Below are positions 17,240-25,954 of a stretch of DNA of 64,000 nt, one piece after another. Position 1 is the stretch's first letter; each line of letters starts with the position of its first letter. The position numbers were made by a program, and so were the translations under genes. A model generated the notes under the pieces. The model searched no databases. It saw nothing but the letters and a program-made list of their open reading frames with translations, and was not told the DNA's origin. Source of the stretch: Verrucomicrobiaceae bacterium (GTDB lineage Bacteria > Verrucomicrobiota > Verrucomicrobiia > Verrucomicrobiales > V1-33); the NCBI GenBank assembly GCA_027483175.1, contig JAIXVE010000058.1, forward strand, positions 7,710 to 71,709, read 5' to 3'.

Positions 17240-17671
17240 ATGGAGGCGCTTTTTGAGTTGGTGGTGACGTTTGTGACGTTGCTCGTCGAGTTGACGGTGC
17301 AGGCGGTGGTGTTTCTGTTCCTGTTAGTGATGGCGGCGTTTGATCCGGGTGCGAGGAGGAAGCTGAAGGGGCAGTGGGACAGGTCGATCTGGCAGCGGGT
17401 GAGTATGGTGTCGCTGGGGTTGGTGTATGCGGGGGTTGTGGTCTTCGTGGTGGTGATGTGGGTGCGGTTTTCCGGGGGCGGAGCGGAGGTGGTGGAGAGG
17501 GAGGATCGGAAGGAGGGGATGCGGGTTGAGATTTCCGGGGACGGGGAGAGTGGGGTGAAGAAGGGGGAGGTGATTGAGAAGCTGCTGGACAAGGCGGGCA
17601 GGGTGATCAGGCGGAAGCTGGAGGATCGGAAGCGGGAGGGGGAGGGTGGGGCGGAGAGTGGTGTGGAGTAG
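17240..17671 (+). CDS. hypothetical membrane protein with charged C-terminal tail
   Basis: About 143 aa from ATG 17240 (MEALFELVVTFVTLLVELTVQAVVFLFLLVMAAF). A second TM helix is present (VSLGLVYAGVVVFVVVMWV), followed by a Glu/Lys/Arg/Gly-rich tail. Confidence 0.4.
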   Translation: MEALFELVVTFVTLLVELTVQAVVFLFLLVMAAFDPGARRKLKGQWDRSIWQRVSMVSLGLVYAGVVVFVVVMWVRFSGGGAEVVEREDRKEGMRVEISGDGESGVKKGEVIEKLLDKAGRVIRRKLEDRKREGEGGAESGVE

Positions 17672-17768
17672 GTGTGGGGGGTGGGGAAGATGAATTAACC
17701 ATGAAAATTGGCTTGCGGGGAGGAGGGGGGATTCGGCAGGGTGGGATTCCCCCTGAATTGGAATCGAG

Positions 17769-19820
17769 ATGGTGTTGTTGGAGAATCAGCCCGTTGAGAA
17801 AGCGACGGCGGCGCGGCGAGTGCGCGGTCGTGGGTGGATGCGTGTGGTGGCGGTGCTGACGCCGCTGTTGGCGGTGGTGGTGGTGGCTTGGGGAGTGGAG
17901 GGGTGGTTGCGGTGGCGCGGGGAGAGGCGGGAGACGGGATTTTTGAGAGAGCGTGGCGGGGTGCTGGAGGATGATTACCGGTATTCGTGGACGTGGTTTC
18001 CTGCGGCGATGGCGCGGGCGCAGCAGCCGGTGCGGGTGGTGCGGGAGAAGGGAGGGGTGAGGCGGATTGTGGTGTATGGGGAGTCGGCGGCGATGGGGGA
18101 TCCGGAGCCTGCGGTGGGATTGCCGCGGATGCTGGAGGTGATGCTGGAGGGTCGTTATCCTGGGGAGCGGTGGGAGGTGGTGAATGCGGCGATGACGGCG
18201 ATCAATTCGTGGGCGGTGGCGGACATTGCGGGGGAGTTGTCGGGATTGGGGGCGGATGTGTCGGTGGTATACATGGGGAACAACGAAGTGGTGGGGCCGT
18301 TTGGGGCGGGGACGGTGTTTGGGGTGCAGGCTCCGCCTGGGTGGGTGGTGCCGCTGGTGGTGGGGATGAGGCGGAGTGCGATTGGGCAGTGGTGGCGTGG
18401 GCGCGAGGAGCAGGAGGGGGCGAGTTGGGGGGGGATGGAGATGTTTCTGAAGCATGAGGTGGCGGAGGGGAGCGAGGGGTTGGCGAGGGTGCGGGAGAGA
18501 TTCGGGGTGAATGCGGGGCGGGTGGCGGAAGTGCTGCGGGGGAGCGGGCCGGTGGTGATGGCGGCGGCGGCGGTGAATTTGAAGGATTGTGCGCCGTTTG
18601 GCGGGAGTGAGGCGCTGGCGGCGTGGCGTGCGGGGCGGGAGGCGGGAGGGGTGGAGGCGGCGGCGTGGTATCGGAGGGCGAGGGATCTGGACACCCTGCG
18701 GTTTCGGTGTGACGGGGTGATGCAGGCGGCGTTGCCGGTGGCGGTGGCTGGGAAGGCTGGGGTGCGGGTGGTGGATGTGCAGGCGAAGCTGGATGCGGCT
18801 GGGGGAGGGAGTGCTGGGGCGGAGTCATTTCATGAGCATGTGCACCTGACGCCGCGAGGAGCGTGGGAAGTGGCGCGGATGTTTGCGGGGGAGATTGCGG
18901 TGGTGCTGGGGTTGGCGGGTGGTGGCGAGTGGCCTGGGGAGGCGGAGTGTCTGAAGCGGCTAGGGTTCACGCCGTGGCATGAGACTCGGTTGCTGGAGGA
19001 GATGCGGGAGCGGTTCCGGAGGGCTCCGTTTACGGGTCAGAGCGGGCATGCGGAGCGGGTGGCGGCGCTGGAGGCGAGGATTGCGGCGGGGAAGCGAGCG
19101 GCGACGAAGGAAGCGATGGTGGGATGGGTGGAGGAAGTGGTGAGGGTGAGTGAGGGTCATCCTGAGGATTGGCGGGTGGCGGTGCAGGCTGGGGTGCTGC
19201 TGGAGGCGGTTGGTGATGAGCGGGCGATGGTGCTGATGGGTCGGGCGGCGGAGAAGATGCCGCATCAGAGTGTGCTGCAGCAGCAGGGGGCGACGCTGAA
19301 CCGGTTTCGTCGGTATGGGGAGGCGGTGACGGTGCTGCGGGCGGCGCTGGCGTTGCGGCCTGAATTTCCGGCGGCGTGGAACAGCCTTGGGATTGCGTTA
19401 GCGCATGTGGGGAGCGAGGAAGAGGCGATGGGAGCGTTCCGGCGGGCGATCGGGCAATCGCCGGATTACGGGGAGGCGCGGCGCGGGTTGGCGGCGCTGC
19501 TGATGCGTGCGAAGCGAGAGAAGGAGGCGGAGGAGCAGTATCGGGCGGTGGTGGCGGTGAATCCTGAGGATGTGGCGGCGCATTATGCGCTAGGGGGGAT
19601 GCTGACGGCGGCGGGGCGGATGGGGGAGGCGGTGCCGCATTATGAGGCGGTGGCGCGATTGCTGCCGGGGGATGCGGCGGCGCAGGTGAATGCCGGGGCG
19701 CTGCATGTGAGGGGCGGGCGGGGAGCGGAGGCACTGCCGTTTCTGCGGCGGGCGCTGGAGATTGATCCTGGGAATGCGGCGGCGGAGCGCCTGCTGCGGG
19801 AACTCAACAAGCAACCCTAA
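17769..19820 (+). CDS. SGNH/GDSL-hydrolase-like domain fused to TPR repeats
   Basis: 683 aa with an N-terminal TM helix. An SGNH-like block is present (RIVVYGESAAMGD ... VVYMGNNEVVGPFG). The C-terminal half carries canonical TPR repeats (AWNSLGIALAHVGSEEEAMGAFRRAIGQSPDYGEA..; HYALGGMLTAAGRMGEAVPHYEAVARLLPGD). Confidence 0.75.
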   Translation: MVLLENQPVEKATAARRVRGRGWMRVVAVLTPLLAVVVVAWGVEGWLRWRGERRETGFLRERGGVLEDDYRYSWTWFPAAMARAQQPVRVVREKGGVRRIVVYGESAAMGDPEPAVGLPRMLEVMLEGRYPGERWEVVNAAMTAINSWAVADIAGELSGLGADVSVVYMGNNEVVGPFGAGTVFGVQAPPGWVVPLVVGMRRSAIGQWWRGREEQEGASWGGMEMFLKHEVAEGSEGLARVRERFGVNAGRVAEVLRGSGPVVMAAAAVNLKDCAPFGGSEALAAWRAGREAGGVEAAAWYRRARDLDTLRFRCDGVMQAALPVAVAGKAGVRVVDVQAKLDAAGGGSAGAESFHEHVHLTPRGAWEVARMFAGEIAVVLGLAGGGEWPGEAECLKRLGFTPWHETRLLEEMRERFRRAPFTGQSGHAERVAALEARIAAGKRAATKEAMVGWVEEVVRVSEGHPEDWRVAVQAGVLLEAVGDERAMVLMGRAAEKMPHQSVLQQQGATLNRFRRYGEAVTVLRAALALRPEFPAAWNSLGIALAHVGSEEEAMGAFRRAIGQSPDYGEARRGLAALLMRAKREKEAEEQYRAVVAVNPEDVAAHYALGGMLTAAGRMGEAVPHYEAVARLLPGDAAAQVNAGALHVRGGRGAEALPFLRRALEIDPGNAAAERLLRELNKQP

Positions 19821-19830
19821 CGAAGTGATT

Positions 19831-19983
19831 ATGTGGCGACTGATGCGTGATTATGTGCAGTTTCTGCGTGAGGAGAAGAAGTGGTGGCTGGTGCCGCTGC
19901 TGCTGATTCTGCTGTTTCTGGGGCTGCTGGCGGCGGCGGGATCCGGGTCGGCGCTGTCGCCGCTGCTGTATCCATTCATGTGA
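19831..19983 (+). CDS. DUF5989 / SxtK-like small membrane protein
   Basis: 50 aa from the internal ATG: MWRLMRDYVQFLREEKKWWLVPLLLILLFLGLLAAAGSGSALSPLLYPFM. This is the characteristic charged head, single TM helix and ..PF(I/L)Y.. tail of the small proteins found beside carbamoyltransferases. Confidence 0.6.
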   Translation: MWRLMRDYVQFLREEKKWWLVPLLLILLFLGLLAAAGSGSALSPLLYPFM

Positions 19984-19987
19984 CGGT

Positions 19988-21811
19988 GTGAGTGTGATCC
20001 TGGGCATTTCGGCATTTTATCATGACAGTGCGGCGGCGCTGGTGAGGGATGGGCGCGTGGTGGCTGCGGCGCAGGAGGAGCGGTTCAGCCGGAAGAAGAA
20101 CGATGCGGGGTTTCCGGGGCGGGCGATTGCGAGTTGTCTGGAGGTGGCGGGGATGGGAGAGGGGGAGATTGACGCAGTGGTGTTTCACGAGAAGCCGGTG
20201 CGGAAGTTTGCGAGGGTGCTGGAGACCTTCATGGCGACGGTGCCGTGGGGGCTGGGTGGATTTGTGAGGATGGTGCCTGGCTGGCTGAGGGAGAAGCTGG
20301 ATGTACCGACGGCGGTGCGGAGGAATCTGGCGGGATTGCGGCGGGAGTGTCCGGTGCTGTTTGCGGGGCATCATCAGTCGCATGGGGCGAGTGCGTGGCT
20401 GGCGTCGGGGATGCGGACGGCGGCGGTGCTGACGGTGGATGGGGTGGGGGAGTGGGCGACGGCGATGGTGGCGCGGGGTGCGGATGGCGTGCTGACGCCG
20501 CTGCTGGAGATGAGGTTTCCGCATTCGCCGGGGTTGTTATACAGTGCGTTTACGGGGTACTGCGGGTTCCGGGTGAATTCGGGGGAGTACAAGCTGATGG
20601 GGCTGGCACCGTATGGGGAGGCGAGGTATGCGGGGATGATCCTGGAGAGAGTGATGAAGCTGCATGAGGATGGGTCGTTTCATCTGGTTCCCGAGGCGTT
20701 CGGGTTTCTGAGCGGGGAGCGGATGACGAGTGAGGCGTTTCACGGGTGGTTCGGGGGGCCGCCGCGGCGGGAGGGCGAGGCGATAGAGCAGCGGCATGCG
20801 GACATTGCGAGGTCGGTGCAGGAAGTGACGGAGGAGATGATGCTGCGGATGGCGCGGACGGTGCGGGAGCGGACAGGGGAGCGGGCGTTGTGTCTGGCTG
20901 GCGGGGTGGCGTTGAATTGTGTGGCGAACGGGCGGCTGCTGAGGGAGTCGGGTTTTGAGAGGATCTGGGTGCAGCCTGCGGCTGGGGATGCGGGGGCGGC
21001 GCTGGGAGCGGCGCTGACGGTGGCGAGCGAGCGCGGGGAGGTGGAGTTGGGGGGTGGTGGTGATCTGATGGGAGGGGCGATGCTTGGGCCGGCGTTTGGG
21101 GATGAGGAGATTCGGCGGGTGCTGGAGCGTGTGGGGGCGGTGTATGAGGTGGTGGAGGCGGGGGAATTGGCGAGGCGGGTGGCGGAGTGGCTGGCAGGGG
21201 GTCGGGCGGCGGGATGGTTTCAGGGGAGGATGGAGTTCGGGCCGCGGGCGCTGGGCGGGAGGTCGATCCTAGCGGATCCGAGGGATCCGGGGATGCAGCG
21301 GCGGTTGAATGTGCAGATCAAGTTCCGGGAGTCGTTCCGGCCGTTTGCGCCGGTGGTGCTGGCGGAGAAGGTGCATGAGTGGTTTGAGGTGCCGGAGGGA
21401 TTTGAGTCGCCGTACATGCTGTTTACGGCGGGGGTGAGGCGGGAGCGGCTAGTGGAGCCTGGGGCGGGGTTGCGGGGATTGGGGCTGGCGGGGGTGGCGC
21501 GTTCTGAGATTCCGGCGGTGACGCATGTGGATGGGTCGGCGCGGTTGCAGACGGTGGACCGTGGGAGGCAGCCGCTGCTGCATGAAGTGCTGAGGCATTT
21601 TGATGGGCTGACTGGGTGTCCGGTGCTGGTGAACACATCGTTCAACGTGCGAGGGGAGCCGGTGGTGGCGACGCCGGAGGATGCGTGGCGCTGTTTTTGC
21701 GGGACGAACCTGCCGTTGCTGGTGATGGGGAACTGCTGGGTGGAGCGGGGGCGGCAGCGGGAGGAAGTGTGTCCACGGGAGGCATTGCCACGGTTATGTC
21801 AGGACGACTGA
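19988..21811 (+). CDS. NodU/CmcH-family carbamoyltransferase
   Basis: 607 aa. The N-terminus ILGISAFYHDSAAALVRDGRVVAAAQEERFSRKKNDAGFP is diagnostic of the family. The C-terminal YrdC-like/Kae1-like halves carry FRPFAPVVL and VLVNTSFNVRGEP. Confidence 0.92.
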   Translation: MSVILGISAFYHDSAAALVRDGRVVAAAQEERFSRKKNDAGFPGRAIASCLEVAGMGEGEIDAVVFHEKPVRKFARVLETFMATVPWGLGGFVRMVPGWLREKLDVPTAVRRNLAGLRRECPVLFAGHHQSHGASAWLASGMRTAAVLTVDGVGEWATAMVARGADGVLTPLLEMRFPHSPGLLYSAFTGYCGFRVNSGEYKLMGLAPYGEARYAGMILERVMKLHEDGSFHLVPEAFGFLSGERMTSEAFHGWFGGPPRREGEAIEQRHADIARSVQEVTEEMMLRMARTVRERTGERALCLAGGVALNCVANGRLLRESGFERIWVQPAAGDAGAALGAALTVASERGEVELGGGGDLMGGAMLGPAFGDEEIRRVLERVGAVYEVVEAGELARRVAEWLAGGRAAGWFQGRMEFGPRALGGRSILADPRDPGMQRRLNVQIKFRESFRPFAPVVLAEKVHEWFEVPEGFESPYMLFTAGVRRERLVEPGAGLRGLGLAGVARSEIPAVTHVDGSARLQTVDRGRQPLLHEVLRHFDGLTGCPVLVNTSFNVRGEPVVATPEDAWRCFCGTNLPLLVMGNCWVERGRQREEVCPREALPRLCQDD

Positions 21812-22188
21812 GACGAACGGACGGGTACTGGCGGGTGCATGCGGCGGCGACGGCGGTGTCGCTGGCTGTGGTGGTGTGGATGCTGGCGGGGCGAGCTGGT
21901 TGGGACCGTGGGTGGTGGGTGGTGGTCCCGGGGTTGGTGCATCTGGTTTGGGCGCTGGGGTCGAAGGCGTATGCGGAGCGGAGCGGCCGGGTGGTGACGC
22001 GGGTGGGCGAGGGGATTGGGGCGGTGGTATCGGCGGTGCTGCTGGTGGGGATTTATGTGTTGGTGGTGGTGCCGACGGGGATGGTGCTGCGGGTGCTGGG
22101 CCGGGATCCGCTCGCGCGGCGGCACGGTGGGGAAACGAGCAACTGGCATCGGGCGGCGGGGTTTACGCCGACGGACCGGATGTATTGA
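21796..22188 (+). CDS. SxtJ-like membrane protein
   Basis: About 130 aa from the internal ATG 21796, overlapping the carbamoyltransferase 3-prime end. It has two or three TM helices and the conserved tail P.GMVLRVLGRDPLARR seen in SxtJ-family proteins. Confidence 0.6.
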   Translation: MSGRLRRTDGYWRVHAAATAVSLAVVVWMLAGRAGWDRGWWVVVPGLVHLVWALGSKAYAERSGRVVTRVGEGIGAVVSAVLLVGIYVLVVVPTGMVLRVLGRDPLARRHGGETSNWHRAAGFTPTDRMY

Positions 22189-22336
22189 GAGCGTGAGACG
22201 GGCGCGGGGAGGAGAGTGGGGAGGGAGGTTGAGGTGCGTGCGGGAGGGGCATGGGGGGCACGGGCTTCCGCTAACTCGCTAGCGCTTGTCGACGCGGAAG
22301 CGGGTGCGGAATGGATGGTGGCCTTGGTGGTGGGTG

Positions 22337-23953
22337 TCAGGCCGAGGGGGGCGCGGGGGGCTCGGGCGGTGGGGCAGGAGCTGGATCCGGAGCTGGGGCT
22401 GGGGCTGGTTCGGAGACTGGTTCCGGGGCGGGGATTGGTTCCGGAGTTAGGTCTGGGGTGGGGGATGGCTCTGGGAAGCGGTCTTCGACGGGGGTGTTTT
22501 CCGGGTGGGTGTGGGCGTCGTTGTAGAGGTGGGCGTGTTCGCGGAGGTACTGTTCGTATTCAGCGTCTGGGCCTTTGGAATCGGGGTCTGGGTGGTGGGG
22601 GTGCCAGTGGTGGTCGGGGTCGTGGTGGGGGTCGTGACCGGATTGACCGTGTTGACCGTATTGACTGTGGTGGTCGTGGTGGTAGGCGTCCGAGCCGTGG
22701 TAGGGGTCGGAGGGGGCGTGCGGGTCTGGATCGGATGGGGAGCGGGCCTGGACGGAAGCGACGCCGACGAGGGCGGCGCGGCGGGCCATGTCGTTGGCGC
22801 GTTCTGCTTCCTCGCGCTGGCGTTCTTTTTTCTCGTGGAGGACGGCGAGCCAGATGCAGGCCTCGTACATGATGATCATGGGGCCTGCGAGCATGGACAT
22901 GGTGAGCATGTCGCCGGTGGGGGTGAGGATGGCGGAGGCGGCGAGGATGATGACGACGGCCCATGAGCGGGTTCTGCGCATGGTGGTGGACTCGAGGAGG
23001 CCGAGTTTGACCATGGCCATGACGACGACTGGGAGTTCGAAGGCGAGGCCGAAGATGAGACTGAAGGTAGTGACGAAGGAGATGTACTGGCCGATGCGCC
23101 AGCGGTCGCGGATGCCTAGGCTGTTGGAGTATTCGTGGAAGAACTCGAGGGCGCGGGGGACGACGAAGTAGAAGGCGAAGAGGACGCCGGAGAGGAAGAG
23201 CCCGAAGCCGATGACGAGGGAGGGCCAGAGGAGACGGCGTTCGCGTTCGGTGAGGCCTGGGAGGATGAATTCGAGGAGGAAGTAGAAGAGGAGGGGGAAG
23301 CAGATGATGATGCCGGCGACGAGGGAGAGCTTCATGGAGAGCATGAAGCTTTCGGCGGGGGCGAAGGCCTCGGTTTCGACCATGTCTGCGGGGACATCGA
23401 GGTCGGGCGAGGTTTTGGCGGCGACGAGCTGGGCTGTGAATTCGAGGACCTTGGGGCCGTCTTCTGCGGGGAGGAGGAGCGCGGTGGCTTTGGCGAGATA
23501 GGCTTTGCGGTCGGCTTCCGGGAGGATGGAAGCGGTGTGGTGGAGGAGGACTGCGTTGGTGAGCTGGCGGTCGAGGGGGGTGGGGGCGACGGAGTCGAGG
23601 AAGAGCTGGCGTTGCGGGCCTTCGAGGGCGGCGGCGCCGCGGGCGGCGTTGTGGATGCGCCACCATGTGGGTTGCTGCTGGCTTTCGGGGAGAGCGGCGA
23701 CGACGGCGGGGAGATTGCGTTCGCGCGGGGCTTCGAGGCCGGCGCGGCGGAGCGGGTCGCGGACGATGGCGAAGAACCACTCGTTGAAGGCGAAGCAGAG
23801 GATGACCCCGGTGATGAGGGTGAGGATCATCCGCGTGAGGGTTTTGCGGAGATCTTCGAGGTGGGAGAGGAAAGGTTTTTCCTCGTCCATGGTGAGCTGG
23901 TTGCGTTTCCGGGCGATCTGGTCGCGGAGCTTCAGCAGAGGGGCGAAGAACAT
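22337..23953 (-). CDS. tatC: twin-arginine translocase subunit TatC with enlarged first loop and His/Pro-rich C-terminal tail
   Basis: The N-terminal TatC signature is PFLSHLEDLRKTLTRMILTLITGVILCFAF, and six TM helices are recognisable. An insert of about 150 aa lies between TM1 and TM2. A tail of about 170 aa follows the last TM helix (HHDHHSQYGQHGQSGHDPHHDPDHHWHPHHPDPD...PAPAPAPDPAPAPPPEPP). Confidence 0.85.
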   Translation of the reverse strand: MFFAPLLKLRDQIARKRNQLTMDEEKPFLSHLEDLRKTLTRMILTLITGVILCFAFNEWFFAIVRDPLRRAGLEAPRERNLPAVVAALPESQQQPTWWRIHNAARGAAALEGPQRQLFLDSVAPTPLDRQLTNAVLLHHTASILPEADRKAYLAKATALLLPAEDGPKVLEFTAQLVAAKTSPDLDVPADMVETEAFAPAESFMLSMKLSLVAGIIICFPLLFYFLLEFILPGLTERERRLLWPSLVIGFGLFLSGVLFAFYFVVPRALEFFHEYSNSLGIRDRWRIGQYISFVTTFSLIFGLAFELPVVVMAMVKLGLLESTTMRRTRSWAVVIILAASAILTPTGDMLTMSMLAGPMIIMYEACIWLAVLHEKKERQREEAERANDMARRAALVGVASVQARSPSDPDPHAPSDPYHGSDAYHHDHHSQYGQHGQSGHDPHHDPDHHWHPHHPDPDSKGPDAEYEQYLREHAHLYNDAHTHPENTPVEDRFPEPSPTPDLTPEPIPAPEPVSEPAPAPAPDPAPAPPPEPPAPPSA

Positions 23954-23989
23954 GGGAAGTGGGGAGGCCGGGGAGGTGCGGGGATGGGG

Positions 23990-25393
23990 TCAGGAGGCCT
24001 GTTTGCGGGCGCGGCGGGGAGAGGAGGCGGGCTTGAGTTTCCGGCTCCATGCGGCGAGTTCGCGGGCGACGTTGGCTGGGGAGGGAGCGCCGGTGGCGGT
24101 GCGTGCTTTGAGGGCCTGGTCGAGCGTGAGGACAGAGAAGACCGAGGCGTCGAAGACTGGTGAGAGCTGCTGGTAGGTCTCGAGGGGGATGTCTGGGAAG
24201 GCGGTGCCTGTGGAGAGACTGTGGGCGGTGAGCTGGCCGATGATTTCGTGGGCCTTGCGGAAGGGGACCCCTTTGAGGACGAGCCAGTCGGCGAGGTCGG
24301 TGGCGAGGAGGAAAGGATCGGCGGCGGCGGCGCGGACGCGTGGGGCGTTGACCTGCATGCCGGCGATCATTTCGGCGAAGACCTCGAGGGTGATTTTGAT
24401 GGTGTCGATGGAGTCGAAGAGCGGTTCCTTGTCTTCCTGCATGTCCCGGTTGTAGGTCATGGGGAGACCTTTGAGGAGTGTGAGGATCGAGAGGAGATTG
24501 CCGTAGAGACGACCGGTTTTGCCGCGGGTGAGTTCGGCGACGTCCGGGTTTTTCTTCTGCGGCATGAGACTGGAGCCGGTGGTGTGGGCGTCGCTGAGGG
24601 AGACGAAGCCGAATTCTGCGGAGACCCAGAGGATGATGTCCTCGCTGAAGCGAGAGAGGTGGGTGCCGGTGAGGGCGAGGGAGAAGAGGATTTCGGCGAT
24701 GTAGTCGCGGTCGGCGACGGCGTCCATGCTATTGCGGGAGACCCGGTCGAAGCCGAGGCGTTCGGCGACGCCCTCGCGGTTGAGGGCGATGGTGGAACCG
24801 GCGAGGGCGCCGGAGCCTAGCGGCATGACATTGACGCGTTTGAGGGCATCGGTGAGACGATCGGCGTCGCGATCGAGCATTTCGATCCAGGCGAGGAGGT
24901 GGTGACCGAAGAGGACGGGCTGACCGCGTTGGAGGTGCGTGTAGCCCGGCATGATGACGTCCTTGTGGGCGAGGGCAGAGGAGACGAGGGCGCGCTGGAG
25001 ATTGCGGATGAGGGAGAGGATGGCGGTGATTTCGGCGCGGCAGTAGAGCCGGACGTCGAGGGCGACCTGGTCGTTGCGGCTGCGGGCGGTGTGGAGTTTG
25101 GCTCCGGCGGGGCCGATGCGCGCGGTGAGGGCGCTTTCGATGTTCATGTGGACGTCTTCGAGGGAAGACTTCCATTCGAAGGTACCTGCGTCGATGTCGG
25201 CGCGGATGGATTTGAGCCCGGTGGTGATCTGGGAGAGTTCCTTTCTGGTGAGGATCCCGGCTTCGTGGAGGGCGGTGGCGTGGGCGATGGAGCCTTCTAT
25301 GTCGTGGGGGTAGAGGCGCCAGTCGAACGAGATGCTTTCACCGAACTGCTGGACGAGTCCGGAGGTTTCCTGCTGAAATCTGCCTTTCCACAT
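23990..25393 (-). CDS. argH: argininosuccinate lyase
   Basis: 467 aa. N-terminus MWKGRFQQETSGLVQQFGESISFD and the fumarate-lyase signature GSSLMPQKKNPD. Confidence 0.95.
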   Translation of the reverse strand: MWKGRFQQETSGLVQQFGESISFDWRLYPHDIEGSIAHATALHEAGILTRKELSQITTGLKSIRADIDAGTFEWKSSLEDVHMNIESALTARIGPAGAKLHTARSRNDQVALDVRLYCRAEITAILSLIRNLQRALVSSALAHKDVIMPGYTHLQRGQPVLFGHHLLAWIEMLDRDADRLTDALKRVNVMPLGSGALAGSTIALNREGVAERLGFDRVSRNSMDAVADRDYIAEILFSLALTGTHLSRFSEDIILWVSAEFGFVSLSDAHTTGSSLMPQKKNPDVAELTRGKTGRLYGNLLSILTLLKGLPMTYNRDMQEDKEPLFDSIDTIKITLEVFAEMIAGMQVNAPRVRAAAADPFLLATDLADWLVLKGVPFRKAHEIIGQLTAHSLSTGTAFPDIPLETYQQLSPVFDASVFSVLTLDQALKARTATGAPSPANVARELAAWSRKLKPASSPRRARKQAS

Positions 25394-25525
25394 GGGGTGA
25401 TGATAGGGTAACTGGAGGGACGTCCGCGGGGCGGACGATGGAGCAAAGCAGCAGGGGGCGGAGGGGCAAGGGCTTTTAGCCGGAGCGGGTCCGGGAGTGC
25501 GGAATCGCGGGGTGTGCGCGTGGGG

Positions 25526-25954
25526 TTACGAGGCGAGGAGTTTTTCGAGGGCGCGCCATGCGAGCATGGCGCATTTGACGCGCTGCGGGAAGCGACGGAC
25601 CCCTGCGAAGGCGGCGACCTCGCCGAGGGCGAAGAGGTCGGGTTCGGAGGTGCCGGTGAGGATTTCGGAGAATTCGGCGATGCGGGCGCGGGCGTCTTCG
25701 CGGGAGAGCCCGGTGCAGCGGGCGGTCATGACGGAGGCGGCGGCCTGGGAGATGGCGCAGCCTTGACCGGCGAAGTGGATGCGCGAGAGACGATCGTCCG
25801 GGGAGAATTCGGCCCAGACCTCGATTTCGTCGCCGCAGGAAGGGTTGACGCCTGAGGAGTGGACGGCAGGGGGGACTGCGAGGGGCCCGTGGTTCCGCGG
25901 ACGTTTGGCGTGGTCGAGGATGACCTGCTGGTAGAGATCGTCGAGAGGGTTCAT
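25526..25954 (-). CDS. sufU: SufU/IscU-type Fe-S cluster assembly scaffold
   Basis: 142 aa from the internal ATG (MNPLDDLYQQVILDHAKRPRNHG). The conserved Cys ligands are in NPSCGDEI, GQGCAIS and RVKCAML. The ATG overlaps the sufS stop (ATGA). Confidence 0.88.
   Translation of the reverse strand: MNPLDDLYQQVILDHAKRPRNHGPLAVPPAVHSSGVNPSCGDEIEVWAEFSPDDRLSRIHFAGQGCAISQAAASVMTARCTGLSREDARARIAEFSEILTGTSEPDLFALGEVAAFAGVRRFPQRVKCAMLAWRALEKLLAS

Noticed and set aside
22560-24050. 496-aa Arg/Pro-rich ORF overlapping tatC and the argH end.
   Set aside because: It is out of frame with a clear TatC gene, it is a low-complexity RP-rich translation, and it has no motif of any family.
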